Shown here: positions 48,744 to 58,370 of the stretch, one piece after another | Position numbering within the stretch: the stretch's first letter is position 1 | Layout of the letters: the number at the start of each line of letters is the position of its first letter | Origin: a virus | Lineage: Duplodnaviria; Caudoviricetes | Length of the DNA stretch: 64,000 bases | IMG/VR virus record: IMGVR_UViG_3300014205_000181 | Location: 32,001 to 96,000 of that record | Direction: 5' to 3' (one strand) | Position numbers and translations under genes: made by a program | The notes under the pieces: model-generated | What the model saw: the letters and a program-made list of their open reading frames with translations, nothing else | The model's database searches: none | Told to the model about the DNA's origin: nothing

Positions 48744-48778
48744 ATATACCTTATCGGCATAATGTATGCAATACTTTA
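48744..48778 (-). promoter_or_regulatory. Overlapping sigma28-like (TAAAGTAT-N12-GCCGATAA) and sigma70-like (TTGCAT-N17-TATATT) promoters
   Basis: Intergenic, upstream of the HTH gene RBS. Confidence 0.55.
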
Positions 48779-48819
48779 ACATTATTTTGCTTGTACTGCA
48801 ATTTAATTTATTAAACGTA

Positions 48820-49422
48820 TTAATTAATCACCTTTACTTGTCCATTTTCAACCCTAAATAACCGATCCCCTTCAATATCAATTTGATCAGTCACAATTAA
48901 AAACTGAATACCCATTCTTGTACTAATCTCTTTTAATGTGTCGGAAATCCTTTGCTGATATTCTGAAGAATTTAATGCACTAAACGGCTCATCTAAAATC
49001 ATCAGTTTTCGTGTTTTTCTTTCTAATACAAGGAATGCTAGGCGGCAACCGATACTTATGATATTCGCCAATCCTCCGCCGCTTGAACCAAATATACTAG
49101 CTTCATTCCCATCTTTCAGGATAAATGCCTCACATTCGGTGCCGCCTCTTTTCTGAACGAAGCGAAGGCAAAATCTCCTGTCGTCTTGCCAAATATTTTG
49201 AATAAGCGGCGTAATTAAATTTTCAAAATAGCCAATCATATGTTGTTGTGTTTTCTCGGCAACCGACTGAATTACAGCTCTTGCTTCGAGAGAATCGGTT
49301 GAAAAAATCTTAATCGCTTCTAATTCTTTTACCTTAGTATCTAATTGAGAACTAAGTACTTTCTTTTCGGCTTTAATTGAATTAACTTTATCTCTAAAAT
49401 TTAGGAGTTCTTGTTTATTCAC
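48820..49422 (-). CDS. SbcC/Rad50-like ATPase, C-terminal half
   Basis: Coiled coil, SSGGG signature, LMILDEPF Walker B; GTG start at 49422. Confidence 0.8.
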   Translation of the reverse strand: MNKQELLNFRDKVNSIKAEKKVLSSQLDTKVKELEAIKIFSTDSLEARAVIQSVAEKTQQHMIGYFENLITPLIQNIWQDDRRFCLRFVQKRGGTECEAFILKDGNEASIFGSSGGGLANIISIGCRLAFLVLERKTRKLMILDEPFSALNSSEYQQRISDTLKEISTRMGIQFLIVTDQIDIEGDRLFRVENGQVKVIN

Positions 49423-49621
49423 TCTTATCACCGTCAAAAGTAATAACGGAGAAAACCATCGGGCTATGATATAGGTCAATATCATATTTGTAGGCTGTCT
49501 TGAATCCTAAGTAAAATCCGAACCCCAACCAAAAAGACAATCCAGCTACAATTAATATAATCTTTGTTCCGCCCCATAATGAAAGGAAGAAAAATTTTGT
49601 AGATTCTTTAATTTTATTCAT
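49415..49621 (-). CDS. Small membrane protein
   Basis: One hydrophobic helix. Confidence 0.5.
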   Translation of the reverse strand: MNKIKESTKFFFLSLWGGTKIILIVAGLSFWLGFGFYLGFKTAYKYDIDLYHSPMVFSVITFDGDKSE

Positions 49622-49979
49622 TATTTTGTCCCAATAATCTGGCTATTAATTCTTTATCTCTCAATCTCATTAATAGTGCTATATGAAGAAGGTAAAAGAT
49701 AGAAAGCACAAAATGTCCATAGTATGTAAAAGCACACAATACCACAAAATCAAACGATTGATCTAATAACTGAGGTACTAACTTGGCGCCCCTTTTAAAA
49801 TGCTCTATTAGTACTTTATCAATTGAGAATGCCCATGCAGTAATTGCAGTTGACCATCCCATAAACAATGCTATATTTTTAAACCCTTCAATCTCATTGA
49901 CGAATCCAAGGAAGATACAAATGGCAAATATTCCATTTGACAACAGCCATTTTAAATAATGCATTAATCGTCTCCCCAA
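49614..49979 (-). CDS. Membrane protein
   Basis: Several hydrophobic segments. Confidence 0.55.
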   Translation of the reverse strand: MGRRLMHYLKWLLSNGIFAICIFLGFVNEIEGFKNIALFMGWSTAITAWAFSIDKVLIEHFKRGAKLVPQLLDQSFDFVVLCAFTYYGHFVLSIFYLLHIALLMRLRDKELIARLLGQNNE

Positions 49980-50218
49980 GAATACTCATTTTTCAATTTT
50001 GTGTACTTAGTTTCAATCTGTTCTTTATAATCTCGTAACATTTTCTCGTTATCTTGGATCATTTTCTTGGCGTCATTGGTATTCTTAACCCCAAGATTAA
50101 CACCCTGCTTGGTTAACAAATCCATTTGAGCCTGTGCAGTGTTCAGTTCCTTTTCGGCCTGAATTATCTCGCTTTCTAATTCGTTTAAATCATCGTAGAT
50201 TTCATTAACTGTTGGCAT
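49964..50218 (-). CDS. Small coiled-coil protein
   Basis: Heptad-rich; lies between sbcD and the sbcC C-half. Confidence 0.55.
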   Translation of the reverse strand: MPTVNEIYDDLNELESEIIQAEKELNTAQAQMDLLTKQGVNLGVKNTNDAKKMIQDNEKMLRDYKEQIETKYTKLKNEYSWGDD

Positions 50219-50444
50219 TCTCTTTCTCCTGTAATTTGTTTTTCTTTTTTAATATAATAGATTCTATTTCATCATACATATTATAATTACATACAGTTAC
50301 ATTCAGGTTTGTCCACATTTTAACTGCCGAGTTATAGTGCTCCACAGTTTCACAAGATTCTATAACCATAATTAATTTTACTAACGCTCTATACGGCTTA
50401 TCCATTTGGCAACTCCTCATCGTCGATATGTCCAAAATTACCAA
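50205..50444 (-). CDS. Hypothetical protein
   Basis: ORF track. Confidence 0.4.
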   Translation of the reverse strand: MVILDISTMRSCQMDKPYRALVKLIMVIESCETVEHYNSAVKMWTNLNVTVCNYNMYDEIESIILKKKNKLQEKENANS

Positions 50445-50561
50445 ATTCGTCTATTGGCTCTAGGAGACACCCGCAACTAGCACAGTACGAATAAGGTTCT
50501 GCTAGGGTTTCTAAACCACAATTGTAATTAGTACAAGAACAGGAGCAACAATTTAATTGAT

Positions 50562-50765
50562 TCATTTCTTATTGGCCTTTGGTTTATTCCCCATATAATC
50601 GTTGGCTTCTGAATAGCCGTGTATTACAAAATTCGCGAAAGTCGGAATTCTAACGGCAGTCGATCCGCAATTAGTACATTCTATTTCTTTTATATCTTTA
50701 AACATTAATTTATCTAGTATCTCAAATTTACAATGTTTACACTTATAGGAGTATATTGGACTCAT
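50562..50765 (-). CDS. FmdB-type zinc-ribbon protein
   Basis: PIYSYKCKHC…CTNCGS. Confidence 0.75.
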   Translation of the reverse strand: MSPIYSYKCKHCKFEILDKLMFKDIKEIECTNCGSTAVRIPTFANFVIHGYSEANDYMGNKPKANKK

Positions 50766-50953
50766 TCATACACCTTTATCAGTTTGTTTGTAATCGCCCC
50801 ATCCATGAATGTTTCAAGAATTTCAATTGCATTCTCAACTTTATCAATATCTTTTTGTTCTAGTAACAAATCTTCTGGACCTATTGTACCATTAAACAGA
50901 TCATAATACAAGTCATTTGTGACAATTATATTCGCTTCTTTATCAAACTGCAT
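50762..50953 (-). CDS. Hypothetical protein
   Basis: Coupled ORF. Confidence 0.5.
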   Translation of the reverse strand: MQFDKEANIIVTNDLYYDLFNGTIGPEDLLLEQKDIDKVENAIEILETFMDGAITNKLIKVYE

Positions 50954-50956
50954 TTA

Positions 50957-51874
50957 TTATTTTACCTCCAATGTAGATTTAATAATATCTTGAACAGATT
51001 GTCTTATTTCATTTTTAAGTATAAAATTATTAAGATTATCAACAAAGCTAAATTCCTTTGCTCCTGAATCAGCACTTAAAATATCTATGTACTCTTTAAT
51101 TTGTTCTGAAGTTTCTTTTTTATCTTTATTTTTTAGGACTTCTTCGAGGTTGAACGAAATTGAAGAGTGTTCACAAGGTATTTCAAATAACTCATAGGTT
51201 TTAGTATCTGTATCAAATACAGCAATTTTAGGGATGTAATCTATTTGGGATATATTCAATCTAGTTAGAGACCCCATATTCAATAACGTTTTGCCATTAT
51301 ACTCGTGAACGAAGTATTTATGATTGTCCGCACTTAGAATTACGTCAAACTTGTTCTTAGACAATAATACACGAGCTGTAATATGTCCAGTCTGTCCGCA
51401 CCAAATTTTTTCGTCTTCGTCCCGAATAACCATTTTATGAATTACCAAGATATTAAATTTATTTTTATCTATAATCTCAGGGATTGTATCTCCCCAATGG
51501 CACCCATAAATATCCACATTTTCATAAGAAGAAGGGATTGCCTCTAACAGTTTAATTACGTCTGCTGATTCTACCACCTTTATAGGTGTATTAACTAAAC
51601 TCCTATCTAAATGTCTTTGATCATGGTTCCCACTTACAGCTAAAATATTTAATTTTGATTTTTTGAATAAATTAATGGTGTCACTGATAAGCCAGTTGCT
51701 TGCCCTGACAGAATCAAACAAATCTCCTGCTTGTAACATTAAGTCACATTTTTTTTCTACACCTAATTTTAAACACCATTCTAATTTCTTGAATTGGGTT
51801 TCTCTATAATTATCGATTCTAAATCTACTTCCAGAATCGCGCAGATGGATATCAGAGATCATCAATATTTTCAT
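50957..51874 (-). CDS. SbcD/Mre11-like nuclease
   Basis: SDIHL, AGDLFD, SGNHD, ADNH, NMGSLTR. Confidence 0.88.
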   Translation of the reverse strand: MKILMISDIHLRDSGSRFRIDNYRETQFKKLEWCLKLGVEKKCDLMLQAGDLFDSVRASNWLISDTINLFKKSKLNILAVSGNHDQRHLDRSLVNTPIKVVESADVIKLLEAIPSSYENVDIYGCHWGDTIPEIIDKNKFNILVIHKMVIRDEDEKIWCGQTGHITARVLLSKNKFDVILSADNHKYFVHEYNGKTLLNMGSLTRLNISQIDYIPKIAVFDTDTKTYELFEIPCEHSSISFNLEEVLKNKDKKETSEQIKEYIDILSADSGAKEFSFVDNLNNFILKNEIRQSVQDIIKSTLEVK

Positions 51875-53013
51875 TTAATTATTTCCTTTATCGCATACCT
51901 TATAAGCCAACTTCCCAGAGCCACATATTCCGTTATGCCCGTCACTAAAAGACAGTCTCTGCAAAAGATAATGCCATTTTCAGGATCAAGGGCAAAGAAT
52001 GGCTCAGTTTTCTTCGGGTCGATATGATGCGCGGCTAAATTCTCTATTGACTGACATTTAGTACAGAAATTGTACCCGTATTCTTGGAATTGACGGAAGA
52101 AAACTTCATCAGACCAGATACTTAATTCATGTTTAGAAGGGGTATTGTCATCTATTTCACCCCTTATTCGCGTTTTCCTTGCTCTATACAAAGGGCATAA
52201 AGTTTTACATTTATCAGAACAATAAAAATTATTTTCAATGGCAGCAAGATCATCCTCAACCGCTTTTATTCTATTCCATAATTGGTCTGTAGTCGGTTTA
52301 AACCATTCGCTACAATACTTACACTGGACTAAAATCCCATACCCATTCGGATCGTCCATAATTTCTTCTATTCGGCAGAAAAATGGATACTTTTCTTCGT
52401 AATCTTTCTTGCGATAAGTATGGGATTCCTTAATCCTTTCTTTAGCGTAACACCCACAAGAATTAGTTATTCCTCTTTTTAGGCTGCTTAATCTATATCC
52501 CTTGATATTGCCATTGCAAGAACATCTTCCTAAAACAATTCTTCTCCGTCCATTAGTATCTAAATCAGAAACAACAGTTATTCTCCCATATATTTTGCCA
52601 ACGGCATTCTCTCGCCTATTTTTTAACTTCTCTATTTGATAACACCCACATGATGTTGTGTGCCCGCTTTTTAATTGGTATAAATTGTAGTCCTTGATAT
52701 TGCCATTGCAAGAGCATTTACCAATAATTCTTCTACAGTCATTCTTCCCCTTTGGATATTCTGAAATAATGGTCACTCTACCATATACACGCCCAATAAC
52801 ATCTTCCATCCTACTCAATATTTCTATTTTTAAACAGCCACAAGATTTAGATGTCTCATTTTTTAACCCACTTAGAATAACGTCCCTCCTTGTTTTCTTT
52901 TCACACGAACATTCGCAAAGAAAGTATCGTCTCCATTTCTTTTTCTCGACTTCTTTAATAACTGTCCATCTTCCGAATTTATTTCCCGGCTTGATTTCTA
53001 ATTTTCTTCCCAT
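51871..53013 (-). pseudogene. HNH endonuclease, probably inactivated by a 1-bp deletion in the last His codon
   Basis: Three SCGC repeats, AHHID…NGIIFCRDC; adding one A restores CH…GHNGICG and a stop abutting sbcD. Confidence 0.65.
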
Positions 53014-53015
53014 AA

Positions 53016-54239
53016 TTACTGTACCTTATTCCCGCATAACGGACACTCGCCCATATCAATCATAAATTGCTTTCTTTTCTCTTTAGCTTCTTGTACTTTA
53101 GTATTTAAGCATTTAATTAATTTATTGTTTTCTTCAACACCATCAATATACTCATTTAGCTCTTTATTTTCGCACTCTTTTATCCCATGTGCCGTAATTA
53201 GCTCGTATAAGGACCGTACAGACGTTTTACATTCCAACCATACGGATGTATTACTTATCACTGAATCAACGTCTGTGAGTTCTATAACAAACTTTTTAAG
53301 GGTGTTGTGATTAGTTTCTAATTCATTATGTTTCTTAATAAGAGAAATTATTTCGGTATATAGTTCTTTGCATTTCAAAAATTCGGTATTACTTTGTATT
53401 ACTTCTTGAACATTATTGATATTCGCAACGTATTCATTTAGGGATTTCTGTTTTGTTTCTAATTCATTATGTTTTTTGATTAATTCTTGTAGTTCTTGCA
53501 ATTCTTTCTTGTGTTTTAGGACTTTATTGTATTCAAGTATCTTGGATTCAATTTCCTGTATTTCTTGGATATAGGTATTTAGATTGTTGTTCATTAATTC
53601 TAGGAGTTCACAATTAATGAACAACTCTTCTATCTGAACAAGTAATTTATCTGCTTCATCAATGAATTTAATTTTATCAATCTCAGAGGATAAAGATTTG
53701 ATAGTATCTTCTACTTGTTTTTGTTTTGAATTATTCTCTCTAATTAATGAATTGACATTGGATAGAGATTGGTCGATAATCCCGAGGCCCGAAATTTCGT
53801 TTAGCATCTGAGCACGATGGGCGGGTGACTCGCTGATGAAGAAGTGCCTCCCTTCTTCTTGGTCTTGGAAATTGTAATCAGCAAGGTTTAAAAAATCTTT
53901 GATTTCGTCGGGTACGGTGCGATTAAGTGATTTGAATTCTTTTACTTCATCTCCGATGGTTAGAATATATTCATCTATTGTTTCAGACTTCCTACGCTCA
54001 ACAGTGCCGTCAGAGAATTCCAATTTGCATTCAGTAACATCCTTCTTTTTTGCGGACCAGGGCTTAAATCCAAATCCCGTGGGACGATTGGACAAAACTA
54101 GATTAACAGCCCTGAGCAAGGATGATTTTCCGCTGTCGGAATTGCCGCTGATGATCGAAACCCCAGAATGCAATGGTAATTCTGAGTTACAATGCGTTTG
54201 AAAATTTTTGACTGTAACTTTATCTAGTGTGTTTTGCAT
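53016..54239 (-). CDS. SbcC/Rad50-like ATPase, N-terminal half
   Basis: KNFQTH, Walker A GNSDSGKS, Q-loop NFQDQ, coiled coil, ends at zinc hook CPLCG. Confidence 0.85.
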   Translation of the reverse strand: MQNTLDKVTVKNFQTHCNSELPLHSGVSIISGNSDSGKSSLLRAVNLVLSNRPTGFGFKPWSAKKKDVTECKLEFSDGTVERRKSETIDEYILTIGDEVKEFKSLNRTVPDEIKDFLNLADYNFQDQEEGRHFFISESPAHRAQMLNEISGLGIIDQSLSNVNSLIRENNSKQKQVEDTIKSLSSEIDKIKFIDEADKLLVQIEELFINCELLELMNNNLNTYIQEIQEIESKILEYNKVLKHKKELQELQELIKKHNELETKQKSLNEYVANINNVQEVIQSNTEFLKCKELYTEIISLIKKHNELETNHNTLKKFVIELTDVDSVISNTSVWLECKTSVRSLYELITAHGIKECENKELNEYIDGVEENNKLIKCLNTKVQEAKEKRKQFMIDMGECPLCGNKVQ

Positions 54240-54246
54240 ATTATTT

Positions 54247-54765
54247 CTATTTATAATATTTAACTTCTATTTTATACTTCCTAAACAACTCGCCAAATTT
54301 CTTCGTTAGCTTACCGCTTTTCGGGTAATCTGGGATTTTTTCTTTCCGGTTCTTTTTCTTTATTTCTTTAACTAAATTATTATATGAAACTTTTGTGAAC
54401 TTAGGAACTTTTGGGCGTTCGGTAGGATGAATAAAATTAGTCCTAGCATTTTCTAAATAATCAGCTAGGTTTCTTAATACATCCCAAATATCTACTCCAA
54501 ATTTATGTAACCCATAACGAATAAAAGAATTAGTTACCTTCCCCTCCCAAGAGTTACTTTGGGCTGAAATGGCACCCCGGCAACAGGAACTTCCATTTTC
54601 TCCTATTTCTTTCCCCTTAGAACCGTGCATATGGTCAATTACGAAACTTTCTAGTGGGAACTTTACTTTAAGGATAGGGCAAATTCCATTCTGCTCTTCA
54701 TACATCTTCTTTTTGAGAATAGGTAAATCAGAATGCTTGAGTTGTATTAATTCTTTATCGGACAT
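54247..54765 (-). CDS. Recombination endonuclease VII-like resolvase
   Basis: QNGICPI, VIDHMH, CRG…NSWEGK, LRNLADYLE, IHP. Confidence 0.8.
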   Translation of the reverse strand: MSDKELIQLKHSDLPILKKKMYEEQNGICPILKVKFPLESFVIDHMHGSKGKEIGENGSSCCRGAISAQSNSWEGKVTNSFIRYGLHKFGVDIWDVLRNLADYLENARTNFIHPTERPKVPKFTKVSYNNLVKEIKKKNRKEKIPDYPKSGKLTKKFGELFRKYKIEVKYYK

Positions 54766-54965
54766 TATAACTTCATCTCAATGAAAACATTTGACAATAT
54801 CCTTTCTCTTCTCTCCCCCATTCCAAATACGCTAACAAAATTAAGATCTATATCGTCAACACTAATCCCTGTAGCACTTTTTAGATTGTTGATTTCCGAA
54901 GAGATAAACTTTAAAATATTAATTTCAGCCTGTTCTCTCAATTCAATAGCTTATTTGATATTCAT
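54765..54965 (-). pseudogene. Small gene with an in-frame TAA at codon 5
   Basis: MNIK*AIELREQAE…EMKL*; start and stop overlap both neighbours (ATGA, TAATG). Confidence 0.5.
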
Positions 54966-55234
54966 TTCTCAACCTCACATTCATCAACGGGTTCGTCGTC
55001 TTCTAAATCCATGTCCATTTCGAACTCAAGGTCACTAGGTTTAGTATCTTCAATTTCTGATTCGTTGCAAAGATTTTCGTATTCAGCCTCTGTGGTTCTG
55101 TACCATTTCCCCTCTGGGATTAAGAACAACTGAAATTCTTTCTTTTTTAAGTTTCTTTTAAATAATATGTAATCGAATGATTTGATTGATATTTCATAGA
55201 ACCCTTCATCGTCTTTACAGAAGATATTTATCAT
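54962..55234 (-). CDS. Acidic hypothetical protein
   Basis: Coupled ORF. Confidence 0.5.
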   Translation of the reverse strand: MINIFCKDDEGFYEISIKSFDYILFKRNLKKKEFQLFLIPEGKWYRTTEAEYENLCNESEIEDTKPSDLEFEMDMDLEDDEPVDECEVEK

Positions 55235-56118
55235 TTATTATTTCCTTTCACGAAGACGGTTCCCCACGTAGAAATCCCCTCGCCATTTAACAATGACCGA
55301 AATTCCAATTCTTCACATAAACAAATAAACGAGCTTAATTTAAATTTTTCTGTGAAATCAATCTCAAATTCTTTAGTTCCTTCAAGTGGCAATTTTACTA
55401 AAGGTAGATTTCTTTCATAAATTTTCTTGCCTTCTTCAGAAACGATAGCTTGGTACTTTTTAGAGGTACTTTTCAATTGCCCGAGTAGATATTTACAGGC
55501 TGTCTTCTCCGCTACCCCAGCGACTCCTGGAACCTCGTCAGTTCGGCAACCACTTATTGCTTTTGCATCTGCCCATTGTTCTGGGACAATGCCATATTCA
55601 TTTAGCAAATCTTGTTTAGTATAAAATTCTTGAGTTTTGATATTATACATAGAACAATGATCGAGGAGTTGCAGAAAATCTTCGTCTTTACTAATTAAGA
55701 TAAATTCACAATCATCACTATACGCCTGTACAATATCCGTAATAATATCATCACTCTCGAATCCTGGATCAACGAAACAATTCTTAAACCCCAAAGCGGG
55801 GAGAATTTCATGTTGTAAGAGGTTGAATTGTCGGAATGCTTCCTTAAATAATTCAATTTCTTCTACTGTTCGTTCCTGTTTTTTGCTATTCCTCTTCTTT
55901 TTATAATCAGGGAACATCTGCTTGCGTTTACTTTCTTTAGTATCAAAACAAAAAACAAATTTATTTGTGTTGAATTTCTTAGCAAGTGCTAGGATATCTT
56001 TGACAAATCCAAAGAGGATATGCGTTTGTGCGTCTTCTGAGTTGAGTTCTGGCATACTGAAAACAAGCCTGTAGAACAAACTAGAGGTGTCAATTATCAG
56101 GATTTTGTGTTTGGTCAT
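55231..56118 (-). CDS. 5'-3' exonuclease / flap endonuclease (T4 RNase H / PolI N-terminal family)
   Basis: IID, FCFD, YKKKR, FESDD, SKDEDFLQ, DEVPGVAGVAEKTA. Confidence 0.88.
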   Translation of the reverse strand: MTKHKILIIDTSSLFYRLVFSMPELNSEDAQTHILFGFVKDILALAKKFNTNKFVFCFDTKESKRKQMFPDYKKKRNSKKQERTVEEIELFKEAFRQFNLLQHEILPALGFKNCFVDPGFESDDIITDIVQAYSDDCEFILISKDEDFLQLLDHCSMYNIKTQEFYTKQDLLNEYGIVPEQWADAKAISGCRTDEVPGVAGVAEKTACKYLLGQLKSTSKKYQAIVSEEGKKIYERNLPLVKLPLEGTKEFEIDFTEKFKLSSFICLCEELEFRSLLNGEGISTWGTVFVKGNNK

Positions 56119-56119
56119 A

Positions 56120-56311
56120 TTAAATTCGTTTAGTAATTGTAGCCTTAAACGCGGCGGATTCCCATTCGGAACGGTAATTTTGTTTTGATTTAGTCAAAAT
56201 GCTAACATCACTTTCCTCAATATTTATGTTCGGCATAATATCAGATAGGTAATCTAGCACAAGTTCCTTTAGTTTCTTTTCGTCAATCTCTACGTTAATT
56301 TCTCCGCTCAT
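56120..56311 (-). CDS. Hypothetical protein
   Basis: RBS; KSKQNYRSEWE. Confidence 0.55.
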   Translation of the reverse strand: MSGEINVEIDEKKLKELVLDYLSDIMPNINIEESDVSILTKSKQNYRSEWESAAFKATITKRI

Positions 56312-56324
56312 TGCCTATCTCCTA

Positions 56325-57026
56325 TTATAATGTTCCGTTAATTGCCAGTTCTGGAAAGTTAAGTGGATGTTTTAATCTGTTTTGTACAATAAATTTATCC
56401 CTATAGATTGCAGCTTCTTTCGCAATCTTGAACCCAGATTTATTTAAAATTAATTTTCCTTTATATCTAACTGTTGCACAATATGCAGTTCCCTCCTCTC
56501 TCCAATAAATACCTCTAAATCCTGTTTTGTTCCTGACGGTCAAAGTTCTTTGGTTTAGATTATTTACTTCACTAGTGACAAAACGACAATTACTAGGTTC
56601 GTAATTACCATCATTATCTTTTCTATCGATCTCCAATCCATCTTCCCATCCGTTATTCATACACCAATCCATAAATAACCTTGGATTATGTAACCACTCA
56701 TCGCACATAATAATGCCACGACCACCCCAATCCTTATATCTTTTATAATTTTTGTTATAACATCTATTTTTTATATATCCCCATAGTGAATACAGCGGAT
56801 ACTTTGCTAATCCATGTGTCCCGTTTCGTTCAATAAGAAGTTCTAGATTATAGCATCCGCATGAACTTGACCTACCCGCCTTTAAACTCCCCAGATGAAT
56901 TTCTTTAATAGTCTTCTTTTTACAAGAACAACGGCACAAAACGTACCTTGCCCCATTTCGAGAATCAGAATTGCCTATTACCTCCCATCTGCCATATATA
57001 TTCCCAATTACTTCTTCCTTTGCCAT
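56325..57026 (-). CDS. HNH/AP2 homing endonuclease, paralog of 8085..8786
   Basis: WGGRGIIMCDEW, IDRKDNDGNYEPSNCRF, LNFPELAING. Confidence 0.85.
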   Translation of the reverse strand: MAKEEVIGNIYGRWEVIGNSDSRNGARYVLCRCSCKKKTIKEIHLGSLKAGRSSSCGCYNLELLIERNGTHGLAKYPLYSLWGYIKNRCYNKNYKRYKDWGGRGIIMCDEWLHNPRLFMDWCMNNGWEDGLEIDRKDNDGNYEPSNCRFVTSEVNNLNQRTLTVRNKTGFRGIYWREEGTAYCATVRYKGKLILNKSGFKIAKEAAIYRDKFIVQNRLKHPLNFPELAINGTL

Positions 57027-57027
57027 T

Positions 57028-58080
57028 TCACCTCCGCTTCATAACCCTTTCTTCCGTGACAAATGATGCTTGAATTTCTTCCCAACGATCAATCACCTTC
57101 TCTTTAATTTCGTTTTGAGAATCATTCTGCTCTGCATATATAATAGCCTTTTCAACAGAAGAGAATTCTTGGTCCCCCACAACGTACTTAGATTCTCCGT
57201 TAACTTCTTTTAAGTATTGTAGGTTCTCGCGCATGTCATCGAGTCCATAACCGAATACAATACTATAAGGACACTCTCCATGGGGGTCTCCAATACTGCT
57301 CTTTTTAATCTGCGCTTTAGACCTGATACCCTTCTTCTTCTCGATAGTTTGAGAGCCTACTTTCTTGGTGGACTTAATGTACTTATTAGACATTTGTGGG
57401 GAGACGCGAATTCTAAGAGAAGCATAGTATGGGATTGCTTTCCCACCAGGAGTAGTAACACCAGTTGGACTTTCTCTTTCTTGGTTAGTCAATACAACAA
57501 TGGTGTTACTACCTGCAATCTTCCTGCAAGTCTTCCTCATCCATTCCGAAAATTCCTTTGCCCTTCGCATCCCCATCTTGTCGCCAGTATCATCTTCTAA
57601 TTCCATAGAGGTAGAAAGAGCGGCAAGGGAATCACCAGCGAACACTGAGATTGCGCCTTGCTTTTCTGGTTTCGGTTCCCAGTCCCATACTGCACTAAAC
57701 ATCTCTGGAACCGTATCTGGGCGGAAATAACGGGTCTTATCAATCTTAAGACCATAAATTTTAGCGTACTCGGCATCTAGTCTCGCTTCTGGATCTGCGA
57801 TTTTAAAATCACCACCCTTTGCTTTAGCATTAGCACAAATCTCCGCAAGGATACTCGTTTTCCCAGCACCAGACGGTCCAAATATTTCCACAATTACCCC
57901 GCTTGGAATTCCTCCGCCCCTAATACGAGAGCCTGAAATTTCAAGATCAAGTAATGTAGACCCAGTAGAAATTGTTCCGTTATCAAAAATACTTTCTACA
58001 TCCACCTCCACAGGAGCATCAATATTATCCTTAATCTCACCCGCCAAAGCACTTAACTTATCTTTCTTTTTAGGAGGCAT
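57028..58080 (-). CDS. recA: RecA/UvsX-like recombinase
   Basis: ISTGSTLLD, EIFGPSGAGKT, DSLAAL, TNQ, TPGGKAIPYYASLRI. Confidence 0.9.
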   Translation of the reverse strand: MPPKKKDKLSALAGEIKDNIDAPVEVDVESIFDNGTISTGSTLLDLEISGSRIRGGGIPSGVIVEIFGPSGAGKTSILAEICANAKAKGGDFKIADPEARLDAEYAKIYGLKIDKTRYFRPDTVPEMFSAVWDWEPKPEKQGAISVFAGDSLAALSTSMELEDDTGDKMGMRRAKEFSEWMRKTCRKIAGSNTIVVLTNQERESPTGVTTPGGKAIPYYASLRIRVSPQMSNKYIKSTKKVGSQTIEKKKGIRSKAQIKKSSIGDPHGECPYSIVFGYGLDDMRENLQYLKEVNGESKYVVGDQEFSSVEKAIIYAEQNDSQNEIKEKVIDRWEEIQASFVTEERVMKRR

Positions 58081-58181
58081 ATTAAAATACCTTATTTAGA
58101 AATTCACGAACCATTGGACTACACAACCACCCTAGAGCAAAACATGCCGCATATAAAACACCCCATATCCCCCCTTTCATA

Positions 58182-58370
58182 TTATTGATTAACCCTCCGT
58201 GTTCCCTTCGCTAATTTGGCAAAAGCCTTTGTCTTATCTATATAAGTTCCTTTAGTCGAAGAAGTCCAAACTACTTTCCCCTTCAAATAATTACTGAGTT
58301 TAAATTCATCCATCGCAAGGTTCATTTGGTATTCTTCATACGTTTCATTTTCGTTTCTTGGTCTATTCAT
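58182..58370 (-). CDS. Hypothetical protein
   Basis: RPRNENETYEEY; RBS. Confidence 0.5.
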   Translation of the reverse strand: MNRPRNENETYEEYQMNLAMDEFKLSNYLKGKVVWTSSTKGTYIDKTKAFAKLAKGTRRVNQ

